Part shown: positions 39,879 to 49,271 of the stretch, in pieces
How the letters are laid out: every line of letters begins with the position of its first letter
Position numbering within the stretch: the stretch's first letter is position 1
Assembly (NCBI GenBank): GCA_021325355.1
Contig: JAJPHI010000014.1
Span: 1,129-65,128, forward strand
DNA from: Pseudomonadota bacterium
Lineage (GTDB): Bacteria; Desulfobacterota; Binatia; Binatales; Binataceae
Reading direction: 5' to 3'
Length of the DNA: 64,000 nt
The notes under the pieces: generated by a model
What the model saw: only the letters and a program-made list of their open reading frames with translations
Databases searched by the model: none
Told to the model about the DNA's origin: nothing
Program-made: the position numbers and the translations under genes

Positions 39879-40934
39879 ATGCCCAGCCCACAAGAAATCC
39901 TCAATCAGCTTAAATCGATCAAGTATCCCGGCTTCAGCCGCGATATTGTCTCGTTTGGCCTCATCAAAGATATCGAGGTGGCCACGGCGGGAGTCACCGT
40001 GATTCTCACGGCGGCCAGCGCCAAACCCGAGGTCCTGGAAGAGATTTCCGCCGCCGTCCGGCGCACCGTCGCGGCAATGCCCGGAGTGCCTGCCGTGCGG
40101 ATCGAACTGGCCGAGGCGCCGTCGCCGCGGATGGCGGCGGCCGCGCTCCATCGCCGGCCGATCCCCGGTATCCGCCACGTGATCGCGGTTGCCAGCGGCA
40201 AGGGCGGCGTCGGCAAGTCGACGGTCGCCGTCAATCTGGCGCTGGCCCTGCAGGCGCTCGGATGGCGGACGGGGCTGATGGACGCCGATGTTTACGGGCC
40301 CAGCGTCGCCATGATGGTTGGCGCGGGAGCGCAGATCCACGTCACGCAGGAGCGGCGGATCGTCCCGCTCCAACGCGCGGGCCTGCGCTATATCTCGATG
40401 GCGCTCTTCATCGGCGACGACGCCCCGATTATCTGGCGGGGGCCGATGGTGACCAAGCTCGAAAGCGAGTTTCTCTTCAATGTCGAATGGGGCGAGCTCG
40501 ACGCTCTCGTCCTCGACCTGCCGCCCGGCACCGGCGACGCGCAACTCACGATCACGCAGCGCGTTGCGCTGGCTGGCGGGGTCATCGTGACCACGCCGCA
40601 GGCGATCGCACTGCAGGACGTCAAGCGCGGGGTCACGATGTTCCAGGAGGTCGGGGTGCCGGTACTCGGGGTGATCGAGAACATGAGTTACCATCTCTGC
40701 CGCAAGTGCGGGCGCCGCCACGAGATCTTCGCTCACGGGGGCGGGGCCCATTACGCGAGCGAGCTTGGGGTGCCGTTTCTCGGCGAGCTGCCGTTCACGC
40801 ACGAGCTGCGCGAGGGCGCGGACACAGCGACGCCGCTGGTCGCCGCCCGTCCCGACCATCCCGTTAGCGAGATCTTCCTTGGGATCGCGAGCGACATCGT
40901 GGCCCGCCTCAACCGCAGTTCGACCGCGCCCTAG
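39879..40934 (+). CDS. apbC: Mrp/ApbC/NBP35 Fe-S cluster carrier ATPase
   Basis: N-terminal DUF59-like domain; SGKGGVGKST, DADVYGPS, DLPPGTGD, ENMS..CxxC. Confidence 0.92.
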   Translation: MPSPQEILNQLKSIKYPGFSRDIVSFGLIKDIEVATAGVTVILTAASAKPEVLEEISAAVRRTVAAMPGVPAVRIELAEAPSPRMAAAALHRRPIPGIRHVIAVASGKGGVGKSTVAVNLALALQALGWRTGLMDADVYGPSVAMMVGAGAQIHVTQERRIVPLQRAGLRYISMALFIGDDAPIIWRGPMVTKLESEFLFNVEWGELDALVLDLPPGTGDAQLTITQRVALAGGVIVTTPQAIALQDVKRGVTMFQEVGVPVLGVIENMSYHLCRKCGRRHEIFAHGGGAHYASELGVPFLGELPFTHELREGADTATPLVAARPDHPVSEIFLGIASDIVARLNRSSTAP

Positions 40935-41696
40935 ATGCCGTCGCCTGGGGTTTCACTGATCGTCGTCACCCGCGACGAGGAGCAGCTCATCGGCCAATGC
41001 CTGAGCAGCGCGAAGCGCTTCTGCCGCGAGCTGATTGTCGTCGATTCCTTTTCCACCGATCGGACCGTGGCGATTTGCGAGGAGCTCGGCGCTCGGGTCT
41101 TTCAGCAGGAATTTGCCGGCTACGTGCTGCAAAAGCAGGCGGCCCTCGACCGTGCCACCTCGGAATGGGTCCTGCTGCTCGATGCCGACGAGCAGGTTAC
41201 CTACGAGCTTGGATGCGAGATCGAGAGGGCGATCAATTCCGCCGACCGTTACGACGGCTATCGCATTCAGCGCGTCCTTTATCATCTGCGGCACTATTAC
41301 GTTCGTCCGCTATACCGGGATTTCCCGGTGCGCCTCTTTCGCCGCGCGCGCGCCCATATCGGTGGTATCGATCCACATGACAAGGTGATCGTGGACGGGC
41401 CGGTGGGACGCCTGCGCGCGCCGATTCTGCACTTTAGCTACCGCGACGTGGCCGACCATATCGCGACGATCAATCGCTTCACCACGCGCAGCGCCGAGCG
41501 CCTCGAACCTTCGCCGCTGGATGCGCTCAAGATGCTGACCCATCCGATCGGGCGATTTCTCAATGTTTATCTGTTGCGCGGCGGTTTCCTGGAGGGTGGT
41601 CCGGGGCTTTATGCGGCGATGACGGGGGCGTTTTACGGCTTCGTCAAGTACGCGAAGCTCTACGAGCGCCGCCTCGCTCAACGCCGCCCGCGATGA
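40935..41696 (+). CDS. Glycosyltransferase family 2 (LPS-core WaaE/KdtX-like)
   Basis: VVDSFSTDRT, WVLLLDADE, GGFLEG, KYAKL. Confidence 0.88.
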   Translation: MPSPGVSLIVVTRDEEQLIGQCLSSAKRFCRELIVVDSFSTDRTVAICEELGARVFQQEFAGYVLQKQAALDRATSEWVLLLDADEQVTYELGCEIERAINSADRYDGYRIQRVLYHLRHYYVRPLYRDFPVRLFRRARAHIGGIDPHDKVIVDGPVGRLRAPILHFSYRDVADHIATINRFTTRSAERLEPSPLDALKMLTHPIGRFLNVYLLRGGFLEGGPGLYAAMTGAFYGFVKYAKLYERRLAQRRPR

Positions 41697-41802
41697 TGCC
41701 GGCAACGCGCGGCAGGAGGCCGGGGCGATCTTTAATCAAAACTCTTGCTGAAGGAACGCGGTTCTAAAATACTTTTATACTCTGAATAGTCTCCGACATA
41801 GC

Positions 41803-42882
41803 CTGCGTCGCCGGATCTGCGTCGCCACGACGCTCGCCGCGTCGTTGGGTTTCGTGGTCGGATGCTCCTCCGGCGCGACGATGCGCGGTGCGCCGGACCC
41901 TTCCAAAATGACGGCGGCTGCCGACCAATCGCCACCAGATCCGCGTCTCGCCGCATTGTGGCAGGAGCGCACCATGGGGGCGTCGGCCAGAGATCAGGAT
42001 TACCCGATCGGTCCCGGCGACGTGCTGACTATCTCGGTGCCGGAGATGCCGGAGCTCAGTGAACGCAAGGTGCGCGTTTCGTCGACCGGGCAGATTACGC
42101 TGCCGCTTTTGGGCGACATTCAGGCCGGTGGATTGACGGAAGAGGACTTGGCTAAGCAATTGGAGCTTAAGCTCGAAAAATATATGCTTAAGCCGCAGGC
42201 TGCGGTCTTCGTCGATCAGTACCTTAATCGCGAAGTTGCCGTCGTCGGCGCGGTAAACAAACCGGGACTTGTGGTGCTGACCAGTTCCAACGAGACGATT
42301 CTCGACGTGCTCACTCAATCGGGTGGGCTGACGCCCAGCGCCGCCGACGAGTTGGTCCTGATACCTGCTGACGCCAAGGGCGGTTCCCCGGTGCCGCCGG
42401 ACCCCCGCACCGACGCCGATCATGCGATGGCGATGGCGGAGTCGTCGCCGCAGGCGGTTTCGATTCGCCTGCATAGCACGTCACTCACCGGCGGCGGCAA
42501 TTTTTTGAATATGCCGGTCCGTCCCGGTGACGTTATCGTTGTGCCGGGCGGCGGCCAGGTGATGGTGGTCGGCTGGGTCCAGCGTCCGGGCCATTTCGAC
42601 GTCGGCTCGGGTCTCACCGTGCTCGGCGCTATCGGCGAGGCCGGCGGCCCGATGTACGCCGCCGACACCAAATCGATTACGCTCATCCGCAATGGCAAGG
42701 ACGGCGCCAAGCTCACGCAAGCGGTCAATCTCGATCGGATCATGCGCGGCGAAGACAGCGATATCCCCGTCAAAGCCAACGATGTTATCGACGTGCCGTA
42801 TTCGAACTGGCGAATCGGGCCGTATGTCTTTTACTCGGTGGTCTCCCGCATCGGTATCGCCGGTCCGGTGATTCCCTACTGA
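41803..42882 (+). CDS. wza: Polysaccharide export outer-membrane lipoprotein (Wza/OPX, SLBB domains)
   Basis: YPIGPGDVL, ITLPLLG.I.AGGLT, two SLBB repeats; lipobox VVG-C; start uncertain (CTG 41782 or 41803 versus TTG 41845). Confidence 0.85.
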   Translation: MRRRICVATTLAASLGFVVGCSSGATMRGAPDPSKMTAAADQSPPDPRLAALWQERTMGASARDQDYPIGPGDVLTISVPEMPELSERKVRVSSTGQITLPLLGDIQAGGLTEEDLAKQLELKLEKYMLKPQAAVFVDQYLNREVAVVGAVNKPGLVVLTSSNETILDVLTQSGGLTPSAADELVLIPADAKGGSPVPPDPRTDADHAMAMAESSPQAVSIRLHSTSLTGGGNFLNMPVRPGDVIVVPGGGQVMVVGWVQRPGHFDVGSGLTVLGAIGEAGGPMYAADTKSITLIRNGKDGAKLTQAVNLDRIMRGEDSDIPVKANDVIDVPYSNWRIGPYVFYSVVSRIGIAGPVIPY

Positions 42883-42902
42883 CGCGCAGCGGCAGATGGC
42901 TG

Positions 42903-45221
42903 ATGGACGATTCGGGCGCATTCGCGGGCCACGCAGTAGTTCCGGCGCGAACGACGATCGAGGCCGAAGCGCGGCAGCTCCCTGAGGATTATGAACCGAT
43001 TTTCGATATCTATCGGTATTGGGGAGTCATTCGGCGCCATCTCGGGATCGTCGTCGGCGTAACCGCGGCGGCAATCGTGATCGCGCTGGCGCGCCTGCTC
43101 ACTGCACCGGCGCTTTACGAAGCCGAAACCACGGTACTGATCGAACCGAACGCTGACAGCGGCACGGATACGCTCGAGAACCTGGTCGAAATCGAGGCGG
43201 CGGCGGCCAACGCCGATCAATATTACAAAACGCAATGCGCGATTCTGGAAAGCCGCGACCTTGCCGCCGATGTGGTCAGTGAGCTCAACCTCGATCACAA
43301 TCCACTCTTTATGGGGCAGTCGGCTTCCGGTGGCGGACTCACGGGCTGGTTGCCCTGGGTCAGGGCGGTCTCCCCGGCGCCTTACCGTCACCTCGAGTTG
43401 CCGCCCGAGACGGCCGAAACTCCGCCTCTCGCCGCCGCTTCGCCGGCGGCGGTACATGCCTATCTCGCGATGCTCAAAGTATCGCCCGTGCCGGAAACCA
43501 ATCTGGTGAAGATCGGCTTCACCACCACCAACCCGACGCTCTCGGCCGAGCTGGCCAATGCTCATGTTGCCGCCTATGAGCGGCGGCAGGATCAGATGCG
43601 CGGGTTGGAGAGCGAGCAGGCGCAGCGGTTCATGCGCGTAAAACTCGCCGAAATCAGGGATCAACTGGAGAAATCCGAAGCTGCCCTCAACGATTATCGA
43701 CGCGCGAAGGGTATTATCCCGGGGCTCATCTCGCTCGACGGCAAGGACGCCGTCGTGCTCGATCGGCTGGCCGATCTGAGCAAGGACCTGACGCAGGCGC
43801 AGGTCGCGCGGATCGCGCTCGAGTCGCAGGTACAGCTTATCGACCGCCATCAGTACGCCTCGCTGCCGGAGATCAACGCGAATCCGACCATCGGCGATCT
43901 CCAGAAACAGCTCAACGACCTCTACAGCCAGGCGGCCGCGCTCTCGAGCGAATTCCGGCCCGATTATCCGCCGCTGGCGAAGCTCGATGCGCAGATTGGC
44001 GAAGTTGAAGCGCGCCTCAAGCTCGCCACCGACAATGTCGTCAACGGCATCCGCGCGCAGTATCAGGAGGCGGTCGCCAAGGAAAACGAGCTGCAGCAGG
44101 AGATGGCCCGGCAGCGCGCCGAAACCCTCAACCTCAACGATGCCGCCGCCCAATACGCTATCCTGCAACGGGAAGTCGATACCAATCGCGAGCTCTACGA
44201 CGCCGTTCTCACGCGGATGAAAAATGCCGCGGTGACGAGCGGCGCCGCGCGGACCAGCGTCACCGTGATCAACTCGGCCGAAGCCCCGGGCGCGCCGGTC
44301 AGCCCGCGCAAACTGCGCGATCTGGCGCTCGCCCTGATGGTCGGACTGGCCGGCGGTATCGCCGCGGCGTTCGCCCTTGAATCGCTCGACCGCACGCTCC
44401 GCAATCCCGAGGAGGCGGAGAACTATCTGCGCCTGCCCAACCTCGGCCTCGTCCCCGATTTCGCGGTCGCCGGGGCGCAGCTCCCCGGCTATGGAGCGCG
44501 CTCGCGCGCCTTACCACGGCGGGCCGACGCTTTGACCGAACTGGTCAGCGCGCACGGCTCCTACTCGCCGCTGGGCGAGGCGTATCGCAACCTGCGGACC
44601 GCGCTGCTGCTTTCGCGCGCGGGCGGTCCGCCGCAGACCATCCTGATTACCAGCGCGACCAGTCGCGAAGGCAAGACCGTCACCTCGGTCAATATCGCGG
44701 TGATGATGGCGCAACTGGGGCCGACGATTCTCATCGACGCGGATCTGCGCCGCGCGCGATGCCATCAGGTGCTGGGTCTCGGCAATCAGGCGGGTCTCAC
44801 CGAGGTGCTGACCGGCGCCCGCGAGTTTGCCACGGTCATCTGTGCAACAGCGATTCGCCAGCTCGATTTTCTCGGCAGCGGGTCGCCGCCGCCCAACCCC
44901 ACCGAGCTGGTCGGCTCGAGCAAGATGGCCGAGATGCTGGTCGAGCTTGCCGAACGCTACCGCTATATCATCATCGATTCGTCGCCCGTGCTGCCGGTCA
45001 GCGACGCGCTGCTGCTCGCGCGCCTGGTCGACGGCGTGGTGGTGGTCGCCAACGGCTGCGCCACGCCGCGCCAGCAGGTGCGCGCGGCCTGCCAGCGCGT
45101 GCAATACGCCCGCGGCAAGATTCTCGGCGTCGTCCTGAACCGCATCCATCCGCGCAGCGTCCATTACAAAGACTACTACCACGATGCTTACTATACCGCC
45201 CGGCCGGATCCTCCCTCCTGA
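42903..45221 (+). CDS. wzc: Polysaccharide co-polymerase / BY tyrosine autokinase (Wzc/GumC)
   Basis: Two TM segments flanking a coiled periplasmic domain; EAYRNLRT, Walker A TSREGKT, IDADLRR, IIDSSP; Tyr-rich tail YKDYYHDAYY. Confidence 0.93.
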   Translation: MDDSGAFAGHAVVPARTTIEAEARQLPEDYEPIFDIYRYWGVIRRHLGIVVGVTAAAIVIALARLLTAPALYEAETTVLIEPNADSGTDTLENLVEIEAAAANADQYYKTQCAILESRDLAADVVSELNLDHNPLFMGQSASGGGLTGWLPWVRAVSPAPYRHLELPPETAETPPLAAASPAAVHAYLAMLKVSPVPETNLVKIGFTTTNPTLSAELANAHVAAYERRQDQMRGLESEQAQRFMRVKLAEIRDQLEKSEAALNDYRRAKGIIPGLISLDGKDAVVLDRLADLSKDLTQAQVARIALESQVQLIDRHQYASLPEINANPTIGDLQKQLNDLYSQAAALSSEFRPDYPPLAKLDAQIGEVEARLKLATDNVVNGIRAQYQEAVAKENELQQEMARQRAETLNLNDAAAQYAILQREVDTNRELYDAVLTRMKNAAVTSGAARTSVTVINSAEAPGAPVSPRKLRDLALALMVGLAGGIAAAFALESLDRTLRNPEEAENYLRLPNLGLVPDFAVAGAQLPGYGARSRALPRRADALTELVSAHGSYSPLGEAYRNLRTALLLSRAGGPPQTILITSATSREGKTVTSVNIAVMMAQLGPTILIDADLRRARCHQVLGLGNQAGLTEVLTGAREFATVICATAIRQLDFLGSGSPPPNPTELVGSSKMAEMLVELAERYRYIIIDSSPVLPVSDALLLARLVDGVVVVANGCATPRQQVRAACQRVQYARGKILGVVLNRIHPRSVHYKDYYHDAYYTARPDPPS

Positions 45222-45268
45222 ACCGTGGCGGCATTTGCGTTCGGATCGCTGAAGCGACGGGCGAATGC

Positions 45269-48004
45269 ATGATGTACCTCTCGCGATGGGCCGATGGTCT
45301 GCTCACGGTTGTCCTCCTGACGCTCGTGGCGGCGGCGCCTTTCGCCCTCGGCGGGGTTCATCGCACGGCCTTCGTCACGCTCGAGCTGCTGACGTTCACG
45401 CTGCCGGGTATCTGGGGGCTGAAAATCTGGAGCGAAGCGCCAGGGCGCCCGCGCTTCGCCGTAGAATCGCGCTCGTGGCGCCGATGCGCTTTAGCGATTC
45501 TCGCGGTGACCGTGATGCTGCTGTTGCAGTTGACGCCGCTGCCGCCGCGCGTGCTGCGCGCCGTTACTCCGGGCACGTACCGCATTTACCAGGTCAGCTT
45601 TCCGGGATGGCCTGCAACCCCTCCCGCGCAGACCGTCGCGCCGCTCCTGCTCAATGATCGCGGCAGCGCCGCCGGTCTGGCGCTCGATCAGAGCGGTCCT
45701 GGCTCATGGTTCGCGCACCGGCGATGGCGCACGCTGACGCTCGCTCCTGCAGTCAGCGCCGCGAGTCTCATCGAATGGCTCGCGCTGGCGACCCTCTTCG
45801 GCGTTATTCTGCTCTATCCGTTTGGCCTTGTCGGCGAGCGTGAAGCCGAATCACGCTTTTATCGCAGCGTTGTCCTCGGCGTCCTTGGTCTTACCGCGAT
45901 CTTATGCGCGATCGCGCTGTGTCAGCTTGCATGGTGGAACGGGAAACTGCTCTGGCTGATCGTTCCCCAGGATTGGGGCAAGCCGATGGTCGGTGTGCCG
46001 CTGCGCGCGAGCGGGCCGTTCGTTGATCCCGACCATTTCGCCGATTTTATCGCGATGACGTTGCCGACCGCGGTCCTGATGGCGCTGTTTCCGTCGCCGC
46101 TGGTCTCCCGTGCGCATCGCGCGAACCTGCGGGTCGGCGCCGCGCTGGTCGCGCTGCTGGACGCGCTCGCGCTCCTCTTCAGTCTCTCTCGCGCCGGCTG
46201 GATAGCGGCCGCGGCCGGTACGCTCGCGGCCCTCTTGCTGGTTGGTCAACGCCTCGATTCGCCGCAACGCTCGCGCCGGTGGGGCTTGATCGGCGTGGGT
46301 GTTGCCGCGGTCGGCGTGATGGCGGCGACGCTCTTTTTTGCGGCCGGTCCGCAGGGGCGCGCGATGGTCGCCGAGCGCGTCAGCCTGAGCCTCGCCGGCG
46401 ATGATTTAAGCGTGCGTCATCGTTTTGAAGCCGTCCGCGATACGCTGCCGATGATTGCGGATTTTCCGCTGTTCGGCGTTGGTCTCGGGGCCTGGCCGGA
46501 TCTCTTTCGCCATTATGCGCGTCCGCCGTGGTCGCCTTTTTTTGCGCGGCAGACAGGCAACGATTACGTGCAGTTCGCCGCCGAGTCAGGGATGGTCGGA
46601 GTTATTCTCGCCGGCTGGCTGGTCGCGGCGATGATCATGGCGCTGCGCGCGGGTCGCCGCCTCGATCCGCGTCGATTCCCGCTTTTTGCAGGCCTCTGCG
46701 GCGGCCTCCTCGCCGTCGCACTGCATGAAGCCTTTGATTTCAGCCTGCACACGCCCGCCAATGCTATCCTGCTGACGGTGACGCTCGCGTTGGCGATGCG
46801 GATGGCGCTTGCGCCGACCGCCGAACCGACCACGCGACTTGCCGCGCGCCGCTCGCGCCGCTCCTATGCCTGTGCGGCGGCGGCGCTGGTGATGGCCGTC
46901 GCGCTCGGCGCGCTCACCCTGGCGCAGGACGGACGGGCCTACCCCTACGGGGTATCCGCGGTCACCGATCCGATCGCGGCGGCGCGGCTGCTGCTGGCTC
47001 ATCCGGCGATGTCCACGGCCCATCTGCGACTGCTCGCGCTGGGCGGCGCGCGGATCACGGCGGCGACGCGATTTCAGCAGCTCGCGATTGCCGTGTGGCT
47101 CGACCCGAACAATCCCCGCGCGCGCGACGCCTACGCGCGCGAGCTGTTGCAGTTCGGCCGTGAAGGCGCGGGGTTGCGCGCCGTAACCGAATCGGTGTAT
47201 CGCGCGCCCCGGCTCGGTCTGCATGATTACCTGGCGCCCGCGGCGATCCCGTGGCTCCTGCCGCGCCAGCAGGACGCGGTCGCAGCGGGCTTTGAACGGG
47301 CGGTCGGCGCCGGTTTTCCGGGGGCCAGCCGCGAACTGGTGACGTTCTACGACGCGCTGGGCCGCTATGTTGACAGTGCTCATCTCTGTGAGCGCCTGGC
47401 GGCCGCGTCGCGCAGCCTCGATGACCAGGTCGAATACGACGTGATAGCCGGGCGCGAATACGCCAGCGCCGGTGATACGAGCGCGGCGCAGCGCGCTTTG
47501 CAGCGCGCGATTGCCCTCGCGCCGGCCGATTCGCGGCCCTATGTCGAGCTCGCGCGCGCGGTTGACGGACCCGCCGGTCGGCTGAATGAACTGCGCGCGA
47601 CTCTGGCGCAGGGTCAGCGCGCGGGCGCCGATCCTTACGCGCTGGACCTCGCGCTTGCCGACGGCGCGGCGGTCGCCGGTGATCGTGCGATCGAGGAGTC
47701 GGCGCTGCGCGAGGCGCTTACCTACCGTCCCTCTTTCGCGCTCGCGATGAGGCTCGGTGACCTTTATATGGCCGAGGGCAACTTCGCGCGTGCGGCGGCC
47801 GTTTTCGACGATGCCGCCGCGCTCGAAAATCGCGCCGAGGCGTATCTCGCCCTCGGCGCGGCCGAGGAAGCTCAGTTCGACTACGTTGCCGCCGAGCGGG
47901 CCTACGCGCGAGCCCGCGCGCTCGCGCCCGGCGATACGCATGTAGCGCAGGTTTATGCGCAGTTCGAGCGGCGCGCCAGCGCGTCGGGAGAAGCGGCGCC
48001 GTAG
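45269..48004 (+). CDS. O-antigen ligase/Wzy_C-family membrane protein fused to a C-terminal TPR-like region
   Basis: GPFVDPDHFA, SLSRAG, PLFGVGLG, NDYVQFAAE.G, LHEAFDFSLH; Ala-rich helical repeats over roughly the last 300 aa. Confidence 0.82.
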   Translation: MMYLSRWADGLLTVVLLTLVAAAPFALGGVHRTAFVTLELLTFTLPGIWGLKIWSEAPGRPRFAVESRSWRRCALAILAVTVMLLLQLTPLPPRVLRAVTPGTYRIYQVSFPGWPATPPAQTVAPLLLNDRGSAAGLALDQSGPGSWFAHRRWRTLTLAPAVSAASLIEWLALATLFGVILLYPFGLVGEREAESRFYRSVVLGVLGLTAILCAIALCQLAWWNGKLLWLIVPQDWGKPMVGVPLRASGPFVDPDHFADFIAMTLPTAVLMALFPSPLVSRAHRANLRVGAALVALLDALALLFSLSRAGWIAAAAGTLAALLLVGQRLDSPQRSRRWGLIGVGVAAVGVMAATLFFAAGPQGRAMVAERVSLSLAGDDLSVRHRFEAVRDTLPMIADFPLFGVGLGAWPDLFRHYARPPWSPFFARQTGNDYVQFAAESGMVGVILAGWLVAAMIMALRAGRRLDPRRFPLFAGLCGGLLAVALHEAFDFSLHTPANAILLTVTLALAMRMALAPTAEPTTRLAARRSRRSYACAAAALVMAVALGALTLAQDGRAYPYGVSAVTDPIAAARLLLAHPAMSTAHLRLLALGGARITAATRFQQLAIAVWLDPNNPRARDAYARELLQFGREGAGLRAVTESVYRAPRLGLHDYLAPAAIPWLLPRQQDAVAAGFERAVGAGFPGASRELVTFYDALGRYVDSAHLCERLAAASRSLDDQVEYDVIAGREYASAGDTSAAQRALQRAIALAPADSRPYVELARAVDGPAGRLNELRATLAQGQRAGADPYALDLALADGAAVAGDRAIEESALREALTYRPSFALAMRLGDLYMAEGNFARAAAVFDDAAALENRAEAYLALGAAEEAQFDYVAAERAYARARALAPGDTHVAQVYAQFERRASASGEAAP

Positions 48005-48029
48005 CGCTTTCGGGACGCGTCGGGGCTCA

Positions 48030-49271
48030 ATGAAAATCGTTTTCCTCAGTCAAAGCGGCGCGATTGGCGGAGCTGAACGCGTCCTGCTTGATCTGATGGC
48101 AGAGCTTCACCAGTGCTATCCGCATTGGGCGATCGATCTCATCGCGCCGGCTGCGGGACCGCTTGTCGAGGACACCCGCGCGATCGGCGTCGCCGCTCAT
48201 GTGGTCGAATTTCCTGCGGCTTTGGCCCGCCTGGGCGACTCCGCGCCGGCCTCGCGCGCGGGCCATCTGCTGCTGCAACTCGGTCGTCTGGGAGCTTCCT
48301 CACCCGCCGTCCATCGTTATGCGAATCGCCTGAACGGGATGCTGGTCGCGCGCGACCCCGATCTGATTCACGCCAACGGCTTCAAGATGCATCTGCTGGG
48401 CGCGCGTGCGGCGCCGCCGCGCAGCGCGCTCGTGTGGCATGTCCATGATTTTGTCGGCGCGCGTCCGCTGATGCGTCGTTTGTTGCGCGCCTACGCCGGT
48501 CGCTGCGATATGGCCGTGGCCAACTCGCGCGCCGTTGCTGCCGATCTGCGCACGGCGCTCGGGCCGTCGCCGCGCGTCGCGGTGATTTACAACGGGATTG
48601 ACCTGGAGCGCTTCGTTGCCGGTGGAGATACGGTCGATCTCGACGCGATCGCGGGCCTGCCGGCGGCGCCGCCCGACGTCGTCCGCGTCGGTCTGGTCGC
48701 TACCGCTGCGCACTGGAAAGGTCATCGGGTTTTCCTTCGCGCGCTCGCGCTGCTGCCGCGCGCCCTTCCAGTGCGCGGCTATGTGATTGGGGGCGCGGTC
48801 TATCACACGCGGCAGAGCCAGATTTCCCTCGCCGCATTGCGGCAGGAAGTGACTCGACTCGGTCTTGCGGAGCGCGTTGGCTTCACCGGCTTTCTGCCGG
48901 ATATCGCCCCCGCGCTGCACGCGCTCGATATTGTCGTCCATCCCAGTATCCAGCCGGAACCGTTTGGCCTGGTCGTCGCCGAGGCCTTTGCGTGCGCGCG
49001 CGCGGTGATTACCAGCGGCTCCGGCGGCGTGGCGGAGTTCGTCGAGCCCGAGCGCAATGCCCTGGTCCATCGGCCGGGCGACGCCGCCGGTCTCGCGCGC
49101 GCGATCGCGCGTCTGCTCGATGATCCCGGCCTGCGCGGGCGGCTCGGCGAAGCGGCGCGCATCACTGCGGCGTCGCGGTTTGGCCGCCAACGGATGGCGG
49201 AGGAATTCGCCGCGCTCTATCGCGCGATGGTGAACGCGGGCGCAAACGATGCGGCTGCTGCACGTTCATAG
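48030..49271 (+). CDS. Glycosyltransferase family 4
   Basis: GGAERVL, WKG, EPFGLVVAEA. Confidence 0.92.
   Translation: MKIVFLSQSGAIGGAERVLLDLMAELHQCYPHWAIDLIAPAAGPLVEDTRAIGVAAHVVEFPAALARLGDSAPASRAGHLLLQLGRLGASSPAVHRYANRLNGMLVARDPDLIHANGFKMHLLGARAAPPRSALVWHVHDFVGARPLMRRLLRAYAGRCDMAVANSRAVAADLRTALGPSPRVAVIYNGIDLERFVAGGDTVDLDAIAGLPAAPPDVVRVGLVATAAHWKGHRVFLRALALLPRALPVRGYVIGGAVYHTRQSQISLAALRQEVTRLGLAERVGFTGFLPDIAPALHALDIVVHPSIQPEPFGLVVAEAFACARAVITSGSGGVAEFVEPERNALVHRPGDAAGLARAIARLLDDPGLRGRLGEAARITAASRFGRQRMAEEFAALYRAMVNAGANDAAAARS

Noticed and set aside
44759..45268. N-terminal extension of the ligase-TPR ORF
   Set aside because: Out-of-frame overlap with wzc; the hydrophobic protein starts at 45269
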